Below are positions 38,213-46,337 of a DNA stretch of 64,000 nt, one piece after another. The position numbers and the translations under genes were made by a program. The notes under the pieces were generated by a model that worked only from the letters and a program-made list of their open reading frames with translations, was not told where the DNA came from and ran no database searches. Source of the stretch: an uncultured Anaerolineaceae bacterium (GTDB taxonomy: Bacteria; Chloroflexota; Limnocylindria; Limnocylindrales; CSP1-4). The stretch is from positions 9,220 to 73,219 of the forward strand of contig CAZOHT010000011.1 in NCBI GenBank assembly GCA_964579825.1. Direction: 5' to 3'. Positions within the stretch are counted from its first letter, which is position 1. The number at the start of each line of letters is the position of its first letter.

Positions 38213-39523
38213 TCAGCCAGTGGCTCCCGTGGCGGTCAGCGGATCGTCCGGGAGCCGCTCCGTGTCCGGGGCCGGATCCGTGGCCGCGGTGATGGCGATC
38301 CCGCGGTACAGCACGAGCGACAAGGCGCCCCCGGCCAGGACGACCGCGCCCGACAGCAGGAACACGGTCCGGACGCCCACCAGGTCCCCGAACACGCCGG
38401 CGAACACCATGGAGGCGATGCCGGCGCCGGACATGGCCGCCTGCAATGTCGCCATGACCCGGCCACGAGCCGCATCGTCCACGCCGGTCTGCATCAGGGT
38501 GACCACGCTGGCCTGGACGGGCGTGACGAGCCAGCCCATGAGGAAGAGCAGGATCAGCACGTGCGCGAGGCTCGTCGACTGGCCGACGAGCGCGACGATG
38601 GCGCCCAGCCCGATCAGGCAGACCGTCACGATCGTCGTGGCGCGCAACCGGGCGGCCAGGATGCCGACCACGCCGGCCGACAGGATCATCGACACGCTCT
38701 GAGCGAGATCCACGGCGCCGAGCCAGGCCGGACTCACCACGAGCACCCGGATGAGGAGCGGCAGGAACAGCACATTCACGGCGCCCAGTCCGAACATGGT
38801 CACGGCCAGCGCGAGCAGGGTCACCCACAGGACCCGTGTCCCGGTCACGATCCGCAGGCCCTCCACGACGGACGCCCCGACCCCGGTCCCGGCGACGTGC
38901 TCGGCGTCGCTCGGCCGTCCGGCCTCGCGGCTCACGCCGTAGACCAGGAGCATCGAGAGCGCGAAGGTGGTGGCGTCGAGGATGAATGCCGGCCAGGTCG
39001 TGCCGGCGATCCCGACGATGAGGCCGGCCAGTCCCGCCCCGATCACGCCTGCGATCACCCGGGTCGCCTGGGTGACGGCATTCGCGGCCAGGAGGCCGTC
39101 GGCCGGGACGACCCGCGGGACGAGCGCGCCGCGGGCGGGCGTGAAGAACGTGCCGATCGATGCCTGGATGAAGGCCAGCGCCAGCAGCGCCGGCAGCATC
39201 GCCGCGGAGTCGATGGCGACGAAGCCCAGCACGGTCACGGCCCGCAGGCCGTCGGACACGAGCATGATCCGGCGCCGGTCCCAGCGATCCGCGTAGGAGC
39301 CCGCGACCATGCCGATCGTCAGTGGCGGGATGGCGAGGACGATCGCGACGGCCGCCAGGGCCAGCGTCGAACCGGTCAGCTGATTGACCATGAGCATCAG
39401 GGTCAGGAGGGTCAGGCCATCGCCGACGTCCGAGATCCCCTGGGCGATCCACAACCGACGGAAGTCCGGGATGCGCAGGACGTCGCGAGCGCCGAGGGCG
39501 GGGGAGGGGACGCGCTCAGTCAT
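38213..39523 (-). CDS. MFS transporter
   Basis: 436 aa, about 12 TM helices, with a YADRWDRRRIM loop motif. It overlaps the upstream ArsR-like gene by 8 nt. Confidence 0.8.
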   Translation of the reverse strand: MTERVPSPALGARDVLRIPDFRRLWIAQGISDVGDGLTLLTLMLMVNQLTGSTLALAAVAIVLAIPPLTIGMVAGSYADRWDRRRIMLVSDGLRAVTVLGFVAIDSAAMLPALLALAFIQASIGTFFTPARGALVPRVVPADGLLAANAVTQATRVIAGVIGAGLAGLIVGIAGTTWPAFILDATTFALSMLLVYGVSREAGRPSDAEHVAGTGVGASVVEGLRIVTGTRVLWVTLLALAVTMFGLGAVNVLFLPLLIRVLVVSPAWLGAVDLAQSVSMILSAGVVGILAARLRATTIVTVCLIGLGAIVALVGQSTSLAHVLILLFLMGWLVTPVQASVVTLMQTGVDDAARGRVMATLQAAMSGAGIASMVFAGVFGDLVGVRTVFLLSGAVVLAGGALSLVLYRGIAITAATDPAPDTERLPDDPLTATGATG

Positions 39524-40145
39524 CGGTCGTGGTCTCCTCTGCCGTGCCGGCCATCGGGTAGAAGCCGAGCACGATCCCGTACGGCGTGCCGGCGGTGTCG
39601 GGCAGCTCGTCGTCGTACGACTCGAGCAACGCCTGGAGACGCGCCCGGAACTCCGTCGCGCGCTCCGGCGTGAGGCGGGCCAGGCCCTTGGCGAGGATGA
39701 CCTTCCGAAGGGGGTCGGCGTCGTCGGTCAGGTCGATGGCGCCAAGGCGGATCCCTCGCTCGATATCGTCGCGGGCGCCGTCGAAGATGGTCGTGAGCAT
39801 GTCATGGAGGACGGGCTCGTCTCCGGTCAGCAGGCCACGGTCCAGCTTGACGCTCCGTTGGGCGACCCGATAGCTCGTCTCGATGATGCCGGAGACGACA
39901 CGGGTCCCGACCGGTCGGATGAGCTCGCGCTCGACGAGCAGATTGACGTGGTGATACAGCTTGGTCTGGGACACGTCGAGCGCGGCCGCGAGCCGCTTGA
40001 CCGTGAAGACCTCGTCATGGCCCGCCGTCATCAGCTCCAGGATGCGCAGGCGGAGCGGGTCGGACAACGCCTTGAGCGTTTCCACGTCCGAGATGCTCCG
40101 CTCCGCCAGCGGCTCCGGGCCCAGGTCCACGATATCGTCCGGCAT
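39516..40145 (-). CDS. Winged-helix (ArsR-family-like) transcriptional regulator
   Basis: The N-terminal wHTH reads LSDPLRLRILELM...FTVKRLAAALDVSQTKLYHHVNLLVERELI. The C-terminal ~110 aa are unassigned. Confidence 0.75.
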   Translation of the reverse strand: MPDDIVDLGPEPLAERSISDVETLKALSDPLRLRILELMTAGHDEVFTVKRLAAALDVSQTKLYHHVNLLVERELIRPVGTRVVSGIIETSYRVAQRSVKLDRGLLTGDEPVLHDMLTTIFDGARDDIERGIRLGAIDLTDDADPLRKVILAKGLARLTPERATEFRARLQALLESYDDELPDTAGTPYGIVLGFYPMAGTAEETTTDD

Positions 40146-40152
40146 CGTCGGG

Positions 40153-40380
40153 TCAGTCGGTCAGCGACGGCTGCTGGGCTCCCGTCGGGGCGACCAGCGC
40201 CTGCCCGAGGCCGATCAGCGCGTTGCCCACGCGAACGCGGACCGGGACCGACCCGGTCACAGCCGACAGCGCGGCCAGACGCTCCGAGTGCGCCTCGTGG
40301 TGTCGAGCCTGCATGCGGTCGTTCGCGAGGGACAGGGTCAGGTCGAAGGTCGATCGCCCCTGTGCCTGGTGCTGTGCCAT
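40153..40380 (-). CDS. Hypothetical small protein (75 aa), first gene of the ArsR-MFS operon
   Basis: The ATG is preceded by GGGAGGTGA. The gene ends 7 nt before the ArsR-like start. No family recognised. Confidence 0.5.
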   Translation of the reverse strand: MAQHQAQGRSTFDLTLSLANDRMQARHHEAHSERLAALSAVTGSVPVRVRVGNALIGLGQALVAPTGAQQPSLTD

Positions 40381-40458
40381 GTCCTGTCACCTCCCTGGAC
40401 TCGGCTGCTGGAGCCGGTCCTCCCATGTCGTAGTGAACATTCAGCAGAAGTTGAACGT

Positions 40459-40486
40459 AATGTACCGCTGAAATGTCACCTGTCAA
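40459..40486 (-). promoter_or_regulatory. Candidate sigma70-type promoter for the 75-aa/ArsR/MFS operon
   Basis: On the minus strand: TTGACA (reverse complement of 40481..40486), 16-nt spacer, TACATT (reverse complement of 40459..40464). It lies in an unusually AT-rich intergenic island. Confidence 0.45.
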
Positions 40487-40567
40487 GCCCCCGGTGGGAT
40501 CCATCCGGATCCGCGCGGGTCCAGGCCCGCACAGTAGCGCCATGATTCACAAAATGCAAGTCCGATA

Positions 40568-40597
40568 TTGACAAAAAGAAAGGTGATGTTCTATAAC
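40568..40597 (+). promoter_or_regulatory. Near-consensus sigma70-type promoter for the DUF2089 operon
   Basis: TTGACA (40568..40573), 18-nt spacer, TATAAC (40592..40597), about 40 nt upstream of the ATG at 40638. Confidence 0.5.
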
Positions 40598-40637
40598 GTC
40601 ATCAACAACCCGACGAACAGAGGTCAGCGATACCCAG

Positions 40638-41054
40638 ATGCCACACGATGTCATCGCCACCTGTCCGGTCTGCTCGAGCGAACTGGCGGTCACGCGACTC
40701 CATTGCGGCAGTTGCGGGACGACGCTCGAAGGCGACTTCAGCGTCGGACGGTTCGGGCGGCTCAGCCGCGAACAGCTCACGATCCTGGAGAGCTTCCTGC
40801 GCTCCCGCGGCAACCTGCGCGACATGGAACGGGAGCTCGGGATCAGCTACCCGACCGTCCGCTCGCGCGTCGAGGCGCTCGTGCGAGCCCTCGGCTTCGG
40901 ACCGCGTGACGGCGATGACGCGGATACGGTCGTGACCGAGGTCGCGTCCCCGGCGGCCTCGCGCCAGGACATCCTGGAGGCGCTCGCCCGTCACGAGATC
41001 AGCGCAGAGGATGCGGCTGTCGCGATCCGTGCCCTCGGGACGAACCCGTCATGA
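40638..41054 (+). CDS. DUF2089-type protein (N-terminal zinc ribbon plus HTH)
   Basis: CPVCSSEL...LHCGSCGTTLEG zinc ribbon, followed by LSREQLTILESFLRSRGNLRDMERELGISYPTVRSRV. Confidence 0.8.
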   Translation: MPHDVIATCPVCSSELAVTRLHCGSCGTTLEGDFSVGRFGRLSREQLTILESFLRSRGNLRDMERELGISYPTVRSRVEALVRALGFGPRDGDDADTVVTEVASPAASRQDILEALARHEISAEDAAVAIRALGTNPS

Positions 41055-42109
41055 GCGCGTCGGTCTCGACGGTCATCGAGCACGAGGTCGGGGCGACCGG
41101 GCTGATCGCCATCCGGGTCCACTCGAGTGCGGTCCGCCTGCGCGCCGTCGACGGATCGACCGCGCGGATCACCGATCCGACCGGCACCCTGGAGCGCTCG
41201 GCCCGGATCGAGCGGGGGCCCGGCAGCCTGTCCGTCCGGGCCGGCCATGCCGACCGGACGTTCAGCCTCGGCGTCGCGTCGGTGGAGTTCGTGGCCGGTC
41301 GGCGGACACCGGACCTCGACGTCGAGGTCCCGTCCGGGGCCACCGTGGTCATCGAGTCGGCCAGCGGTGACCTGACCGCGGTCGGGCTGACCGGCGATCA
41401 GCGGTACCGCACCGCATCAGGTGACGTGGACCTGCGGGAGGTGTCCGGTCGACTCGCCCTGGACGGGGTGTCCGGCGACGTGACCGTGGTGACGAGCGGC
41501 TCGAGTGCCATCGCGGCGCGGACCGTGTCCGGCGACCTCCGCATCCGCGGCGGTCATGACCTGACCGCCTGCCGGATCGCCACGACCAGTGGTGACATCC
41601 AACTGGAAGGTCGGTTCACCGGATCGGGTCCGTTCTCGATCGAGACCGTGAGCGGTGACACGCTCCTGGCCCCGTCGGGCGGCGTCCGGATCGAGGCCAA
41701 GACGGTCACGGGCGACCTTCGATCGACCGTGCCGTCCAGTCAAGATGGTGGGCGAGGCGCGCGGACGATGACCATCCGGGACGGCGGCGCGACCCTCACC
41801 GTCCGGTCGCTGTCCGGCGACATCCGGGTCGAGGAGCCGGCCCGGGCCGTCCGCCCGTCCGGGGACACGCCGACCATCGCGCTCGCGGCCCCGACGGCGC
41901 CCGTCGCACCGGAGGCGCCTCGCCCGCCGGAGCCGCCCCTGGCCCCGCCGTCACCGGTCGGCGTGGCGGCGGCCGACGCCGTCCGGTCCACCACGGCGGG
42001 CGACCCGATGACCATCCTCCAGGCGCTGGAGCGTGGCGAGATCGACGTCGACGAGGCGTCCCGGCGCCTCGCGGCCCTCGATGCCGGGCAGCCGGGGCCG
42101 CTCGCGTGA
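41051..42109 (+). CDS. DUF4097-type beta-helical repeat protein with a C-terminal SHOCT-like helix pair
   Basis: Eight or more SGD/TGD-containing repeats are present (ASGDLTAV, ASGDVDLR, VSGDVTVV, VSGDLRIR, TSGDIQLE, VSGDTLLA, VTGDLRST, LSGDIRVE). The tail reads ILQALERGEIDVDEASRRLAAL. The ATGA overlaps the upstream gene. Confidence 0.75.
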   Translation: MSASVSTVIEHEVGATGLIAIRVHSSAVRLRAVDGSTARITDPTGTLERSARIERGPGSLSVRAGHADRTFSLGVASVEFVAGRRTPDLDVEVPSGATVVIESASGDLTAVGLTGDQRYRTASGDVDLREVSGRLALDGVSGDVTVVTSGSSAIAARTVSGDLRIRGGHDLTACRIATTSGDIQLEGRFTGSGPFSIETVSGDTLLAPSGGVRIEAKTVTGDLRSTVPSSQDGGRGARTMTIRDGGATLTVRSLSGDIRVEEPARAVRPSGDTPTIALAAPTAPVAPEAPRPPEPPLAPPSPVGVAAADAVRSTTAGDPMTILQALERGEIDVDEASRRLAALDAGQPGPLA

Positions 42110-42504
42110 GCGGCGACGACGCCATGGATCGCATCCTTCGGCTCGTTGCCGACGGTCGGATCACCGCCGAGGAGGCGGGTCCGATCCTCGATGCCCTGGC
42201 GGGCGCCGGCCGGGATGAGGCCGATCGGTCGAACCCAGCCATGGGATCCGCGTCCGCCGGGGGGTCGAAGGCGTCCTCCGACGGTTCGCCGGCGCGCGCG
42301 ATCCGGATCGAGGTCAGCGAGTCGGGGCGCCAGGTGGTGAACCTGCGCGTCCCGCTCGCCCTCGGTCGAGAAGCGCTCAACCGGATCCCGGGGCTGTCGG
42401 AGTCGCTCACGGATCGCGTGCGCGAGGCGATGGCCTCCGGGTTCAAGGGCTCCATCGTCGACGTCGACGACGAGGGCGGCGGCGTTCGGATCTACCTCGA
42501 GTAG
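42106..42504 (+). CDS. SHOCT-like N-terminal domain protein (132 aa)
   Basis: The N-terminus reads MDRILRLVADGRITAEEAGPILDAL. This is followed by a Ser/Gly linker and a ~70-aa C-terminal domain. The GTGA overlaps the upstream gene. Confidence 0.6.
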   Translation: MSGDDAMDRILRLVADGRITAEEAGPILDALAGAGRDEADRSNPAMGSASAGGSKASSDGSPARAIRIEVSESGRQVVNLRVPLALGREALNRIPGLSESLTDRVREAMASGFKGSIVDVDDEGGGVRIYLE

Positions 42505-42563
42505 GGGACGGATCCGGCCTCGGCGCGCCGGCCTCGCGCGGCTCGTCGCCCCGAGGCGTCCCC
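42504..42563. terminator. Long GC-rich hairpin between convergent genes
   Basis: GGGGACG (42504..42510) pairs with CGTCCCC (42557..42563), and CCTCGG (42518..42523) pairs with CCGAGG (42551..42556). Confidence 0.3.
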
Positions 42564-42565
42564 GG

Positions 42566-43786
42566 TCAGGCGACCGGCACGCCGCCCTTGACCACGGCGA
42601 GCGGCTCGCGCAGCGTCGCGACATCGGCGAGCGGGTCCGACCCGAACGTCACGAGGTCGGCGAAGCGTCCCGGCTCGAGCGTGCCGACCCGATCCTCCCA
42701 GCCCATCAGCTCGGCCGCGGTCGCCGTCGCGGATCGGATCGCCTCCGCCGGGGTCTGCCCATGGCGGACCTGGTAGCCGAACTGGATCGCGTTCATCCCG
42801 TGCGGGTAGACGCCACTGTCGGTCCCGAAGGCGATCTTGACCCCGGCCCGGACCGCCTTCGCGAATCCGTCGCGCTGCGCCTGCGTCGTCTCGACGTTCT
42901 TCACCATCGTCTCGGCCGGCCAGCCCGCGCGCTCGCCCTCCTCGGCGATCCAGTCCCCGTCGTAGATGTCGGCGACCAGGTACGTCCCGTGGCGGACCAT
43001 CAGCTCGATGCCCTCGTCGTCGATGAGCGAGCCGTGCTCGATGGAGCGAACGCCGGCCCGGATGGCCACCTTGATCCCCTCGGTCCCGTGCGCGTGGGCG
43101 GCGACATGGACGCCCTGGCGCCAGGCCTCGTCCACGGCCGCCTCCACCATCGGGGCGTCGAGCTCGACGAACCCGGTCTTCGTCCCGCGGGTCAGGACCG
43201 CACCGGTGACGATGAGCTTGATGACGCCCGCGCCTCCGCCGATCAGGGCTCGGACCTTCTCGCGCATCTCGTGAGGCGTGCTCACGACACCGAACCGCAG
43301 GTCGCCCGGGATCCCGATGTCGCGCGCAAGACCCGTGACGTCGCCGCCACCACCCGGGCTCGTGATCATCGCGCCGCAGGACTGCATCCGGGGACCGGGC
43401 GTCCAGCCCGCGTCGATCGCCCGGGCGAGTTCGACGTCCACGAACGACCGGAAGGAGCCGACGTCGCGGACCGTGGTGAAGCCGGCTCGCAGGGTCGTCT
43501 GCGCGTTCCGGACGCCGATGAGGGCCTCCTCCGACCTGGACGTCATCGTGCCCGGGACGCCCGCGTACTCCATCTCGCCGACCTGGTGGCTGTGGCAGTC
43601 GATGAGCCCGGGGAGGACCCACGAGCCGGGGAGCGTCAGCGCCGCCGCCCCCTCCGGTGCGTCGGCGCCGGGCCTCAGGATCGCGGCGACCCGACCGTCC
43701 TCGACGAGGACCCGTGCGCCGTCCGACCAGGTACCGGTCGCGACGTCCAGGAGATGGTCGGCGTGGATGAGGGTGCGCGTCGTCAT
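42566..43786 (-). CDS. Amidohydrolase-superfamily metal-dependent hydrolase
   Basis: 406 aa. The HxH motif lies in GLIDCHSH. Later His/Asp ligands are present (AHAHG, GTDSG). Confidence 0.85.
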   Translation of the reverse strand: MTTRTLIHADHLLDVATGTWSDGARVLVEDGRVAAILRPGADAPEGAAALTLPGSWVLPGLIDCHSHQVGEMEYAGVPGTMTSRSEEALIGVRNAQTTLRAGFTTVRDVGSFRSFVDVELARAIDAGWTPGPRMQSCGAMITSPGGGGDVTGLARDIGIPGDLRFGVVSTPHEMREKVRALIGGGAGVIKLIVTGAVLTRGTKTGFVELDAPMVEAAVDEAWRQGVHVAAHAHGTEGIKVAIRAGVRSIEHGSLIDDEGIELMVRHGTYLVADIYDGDWIAEEGERAGWPAETMVKNVETTQAQRDGFAKAVRAGVKIAFGTDSGVYPHGMNAIQFGYQVRHGQTPAEAIRSATATAAELMGWEDRVGTLEPGRFADLVTFGSDPLADVATLREPLAVVKGGVPVA

Positions 43787-43814
43787 CCGCCGAGACTAGC
43801 AGTCCCGCACTACC

Positions 43815-44399
43815 ATGGCGCGCATGACGATCCCCACGTCGCTCCCGTTCACCGGCGACCCCGAGTCCGACGCGCTCCTCGTGAGCGAGCCCCTCGCGCT
43901 GCTCATCGGCTTCGAACTGGACCAGCAGGTCACCGTCCAGAAGGCGTTCAGCGGCCCCGCCGAGCTCCGGCGCCGGATCGGGCACCTCGACGCGGCCCGG
44001 ATCGCCGCGATGGATCCCGAGACCCTCGCCACGGTCTTCAAGACACCGCCCGCCCTGCATCGCTTCCCCGGCAGCATGGCCGAGCGCGTCCAGGCGCTCT
44101 GCCAGGCCATCGCCGACGAGTACGGCAACCGGGCCGAACGGGTCTGGACCGAGGCGGCCACCGGCAAGGACCTTGAGTCTCGCCTGCTGGGCCTGCCCGG
44201 GATCGGGGCCATGAAGGCGAAGGCGATCATCGTCATCGTCGGCCGGCGCTATGGGATCAAGCCGCCCGGCTGGGACGACGTCGCGCCGACCTTCCCGACG
44301 CTCGGCGATGTCGACTCGGCCGAAGCGCTGGCCGCGTACCAGGCCGGCAAGCGCGCCAAGAAGGCCGAGGCGAAAGCCGCCAAGGCCGCCAAGGCCTGA
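43815..44399 (+). CDS. HhH-GPD-type base-excision-repair-family protein with a Lys/Ala-rich tail
   Basis: LLGLPGIGAMKAKAII helix-hairpin-helix. The C-terminus is KRAKKAEAKAAKAAKA. Confidence 0.7.
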   Translation: MARMTIPTSLPFTGDPESDALLVSEPLALLIGFELDQQVTVQKAFSGPAELRRRIGHLDAARIAAMDPETLATVFKTPPALHRFPGSMAERVQALCQAIADEYGNRAERVWTEAATGKDLESRLLGLPGIGAMKAKAIIVIVGRRYGIKPPGWDDVAPTFPTLGDVDSAEALAAYQAGKRAKKAEAKAAKAAKA

Positions 44400-44472
44400 C
44401 CGCCATCCGGCCCGTGCCCGCACCCGGGCCCGGGGCGTCGGCACGGCACCCGGGGTAGACTGGCCCCACCCC

Positions 44473-45069
44473 GTGACCGACCCCGTCGACGATCCCACGC
44501 CGCCCTCCGCCGCCCCCAGACCCAAGCGGGCCCGCAAGTTCGTGATGCCGGACGCGCATCACGATGAGCGCACGACGAAACGGATCGAGGCGTTCATCGA
44601 GGGACCGCCTGAGCTCCGGCAACGCCGCCAGGGGCCCTACATCGAGCGCGAGCGTCGTCCGGTCGAACTCGACACTCGCGCGGACTGGCTCGGAGCCCTT
44701 CGCTACGAGGCGGCCCGCCACGCCCGCTACGGCCGACCCGCGTCGGTCCTGCTGGTCGAACTGCCCGGCGGGCAGGGCGACGTGGCCTATGACCGGATGG
44801 CCCGCCAGTTCACCGACGTCGTCCGCGCCGAGGCGCGCGATCCCGACCGGGTCGTCCGGATGGGTCGGTCGCGGTTCCAGCTGCTGCTGCCCGAGACCTC
44901 GTCGCGAGCGGCGCATGCGGCGGCCGATCGGCTGCAGCGCGCGTTCACGGCCACCCAGGGCGGCTCCTCCGCGTTCCGGCCCGGTCTGCGGATCGAGATC
45001 GCGACCCCCCATCGGACCGAGTCGCTGGAGGAATCCCTCGAACTGGCGGAGCGTCGCCTCAGGTCGTAG
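44473..45069 (+). CDS. Degenerate GGDEF-like domain protein (start uncertain: GTG 44473 or ATG 44545)
   Basis: The layout resembles GGDEF domains (RYGRPASVLLVEL..., DRVVRMGRSRFQLLLPET), but the GG[DE]EF motif reads GRSRF and the usual DxD metal site reads VEL. Confidence 0.5.
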   Translation: MTDPVDDPTPPSAAPRPKRARKFVMPDAHHDERTTKRIEAFIEGPPELRQRRQGPYIERERRPVELDTRADWLGALRYEAARHARYGRPASVLLVELPGGQGDVAYDRMARQFTDVVRAEARDPDRVVRMGRSRFQLLLPETSSRAAHAAADRLQRAFTATQGGSSAFRPGLRIEIATPHRTESLEESLELAERRLRS

Positions 45070-45469
45070 GCGATCGGGGCACGGCCACCAGGGTCGCGAC
45101 CAGGTGGTCGAGCTCGGTCTCCGGGTCGTCGCACAGCCCGGTGTGGACGTCCGACGGCTGGATGATCGTGCTGGCCGGCGCCACGAGCCAGTGGAACCGC
45201 TCGGCGAGCTCCAGGCCGGCGATCGGCCCCGCCGTCCGGTCACCCGCGGCGATCCGCTCGATGGCGTCGAGGTGCGGCCGGATGGTGCCCGGATCCAGGT
45301 CCGGGGCCAGCGCGGCCAGGCGCGCCTCGTCGAGGTGCACACGCGCTCCCAGGAACCGACGCGGCCGGCACAACAGGACGATGCCGACGTTGAGGCTCTC
45401 GCCCCGCTCCACCCGCGGGACGACCCGGATGATCGCGTACTGGAAGGCGCTACGCGGCGCGGTGGACAC
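45059..45469 (-). CDS. DUF3037-family protein
   Basis: GTG at 45469 is in the track frame. FQYAIIRVVPRVERGESLNVGIVLLC is the typical DUF3037 N-terminus. Confidence 0.75.
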   Translation of the reverse strand: MSTAPRSAFQYAIIRVVPRVERGESLNVGIVLLCRPRRFLGARVHLDEARLAALAPDLDPGTIRPHLDAIERIAAGDRTAGPIAGLELAERFHWLVAPASTIIQPSDVHTGLCDDPETELDHLVATLVAVPRSPTT

Positions 45470-46241
45470 GGTCCGCCTCCTGCGCGAACGGGCGCGGGGC
45501 CTCGAGCCGGCGCACCAGGTACCGCACGTACGCCTGCCGCTGCGCGTCCGCGTCGCCGATGACCGGGTCGTCCGGGAGCCACAGCTCCGGGATCGCCGCC
45601 ACGAGTCCCTCCAGCCAGGCCGGATCGATGCGCGATGCGAGACGGGCATCCGCGTCGGCGATGGATCCGGCGAACGGCAGCAGCACGTGGTCCCGGATGC
45701 GCTCGAACGCACCACGCGCGTGGGTCTCGGGATCGCGCCAGGTGTGGTGGATGTACAGGGCGGCGCCATGGTCGATGAGCCACGGTCGCTCATGCCACAG
45801 CAGCAGGTTCGGGTTGTTCGCCGTGCGATCCGGGTTGGTGATCAGTCCGTCCAGCCAGACGATGTCCGCCGCCACGGCCGGGTCGATGACCTCGCGGGCG
45901 GTGCTGGCCGCCGGATTGAACGTCAAGGCGCCCGGCAGGAAGTCCATGCCGAAGTTCAGGCCGTTGCTGGCGCCGAGCAGGTCGTGGACCTCCTCGTCGG
46001 GCTCGGCGTCACCGAGGGTCGGGTCGACATCCACCGCGACCAGGTCCGGCACGGCCAGGCCGATCGCCCGGGCCAGCTCGCCGCCCAGCCACTCCGCCAC
46101 CAACGCCCGCGGACCTTGGCCGGCGCCCCGGAACTTCACCACATACAGGCCGTCGTCGTCGGCTTCCACGAGACCGGGCAGCGACCCGCCCTCGCGCAGG
46201 GGCGTCACGTAGCGCGTGGCCGTCACGGTCCGCATCGTCAT
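45450..46241 (-). CDS. HipA-like kinase-family protein
   Basis: 263 aa. RYVTPLREGGSLPGLVEADDDGLYVVKFRGAGQG resembles a nucleotide-binding region. LITNPDRTANNPNLLLW...LIDHGAAL resembles a catalytic / Mg-binding kinase core. The 3' end overlaps the DUF3037 gene by 20 nt. Confidence 0.7.
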   Translation of the reverse strand: MTMRTVTATRYVTPLREGGSLPGLVEADDDGLYVVKFRGAGQGPRALVAEWLGGELARAIGLAVPDLVAVDVDPTLGDAEPDEEVHDLLGASNGLNFGMDFLPGALTFNPAASTAREVIDPAVAADIVWLDGLITNPDRTANNPNLLLWHERPWLIDHGAALYIHHTWRDPETHARGAFERIRDHVLLPFAGSIADADARLASRIDPAWLEGLVAAIPELWLPDDPVIGDADAQRQAYVRYLVRRLEAPRPFAQEADRVHRAA

Positions 46242-46337
46242 CGCGAGAGCCTAGCGCACGCGTGCGCGCCCGTCGGCCCGTGCACATCCGCACGGACCGG
46301 CAAGCAGCATCCGAGCGGATGCGATTACGCTTCGCGC

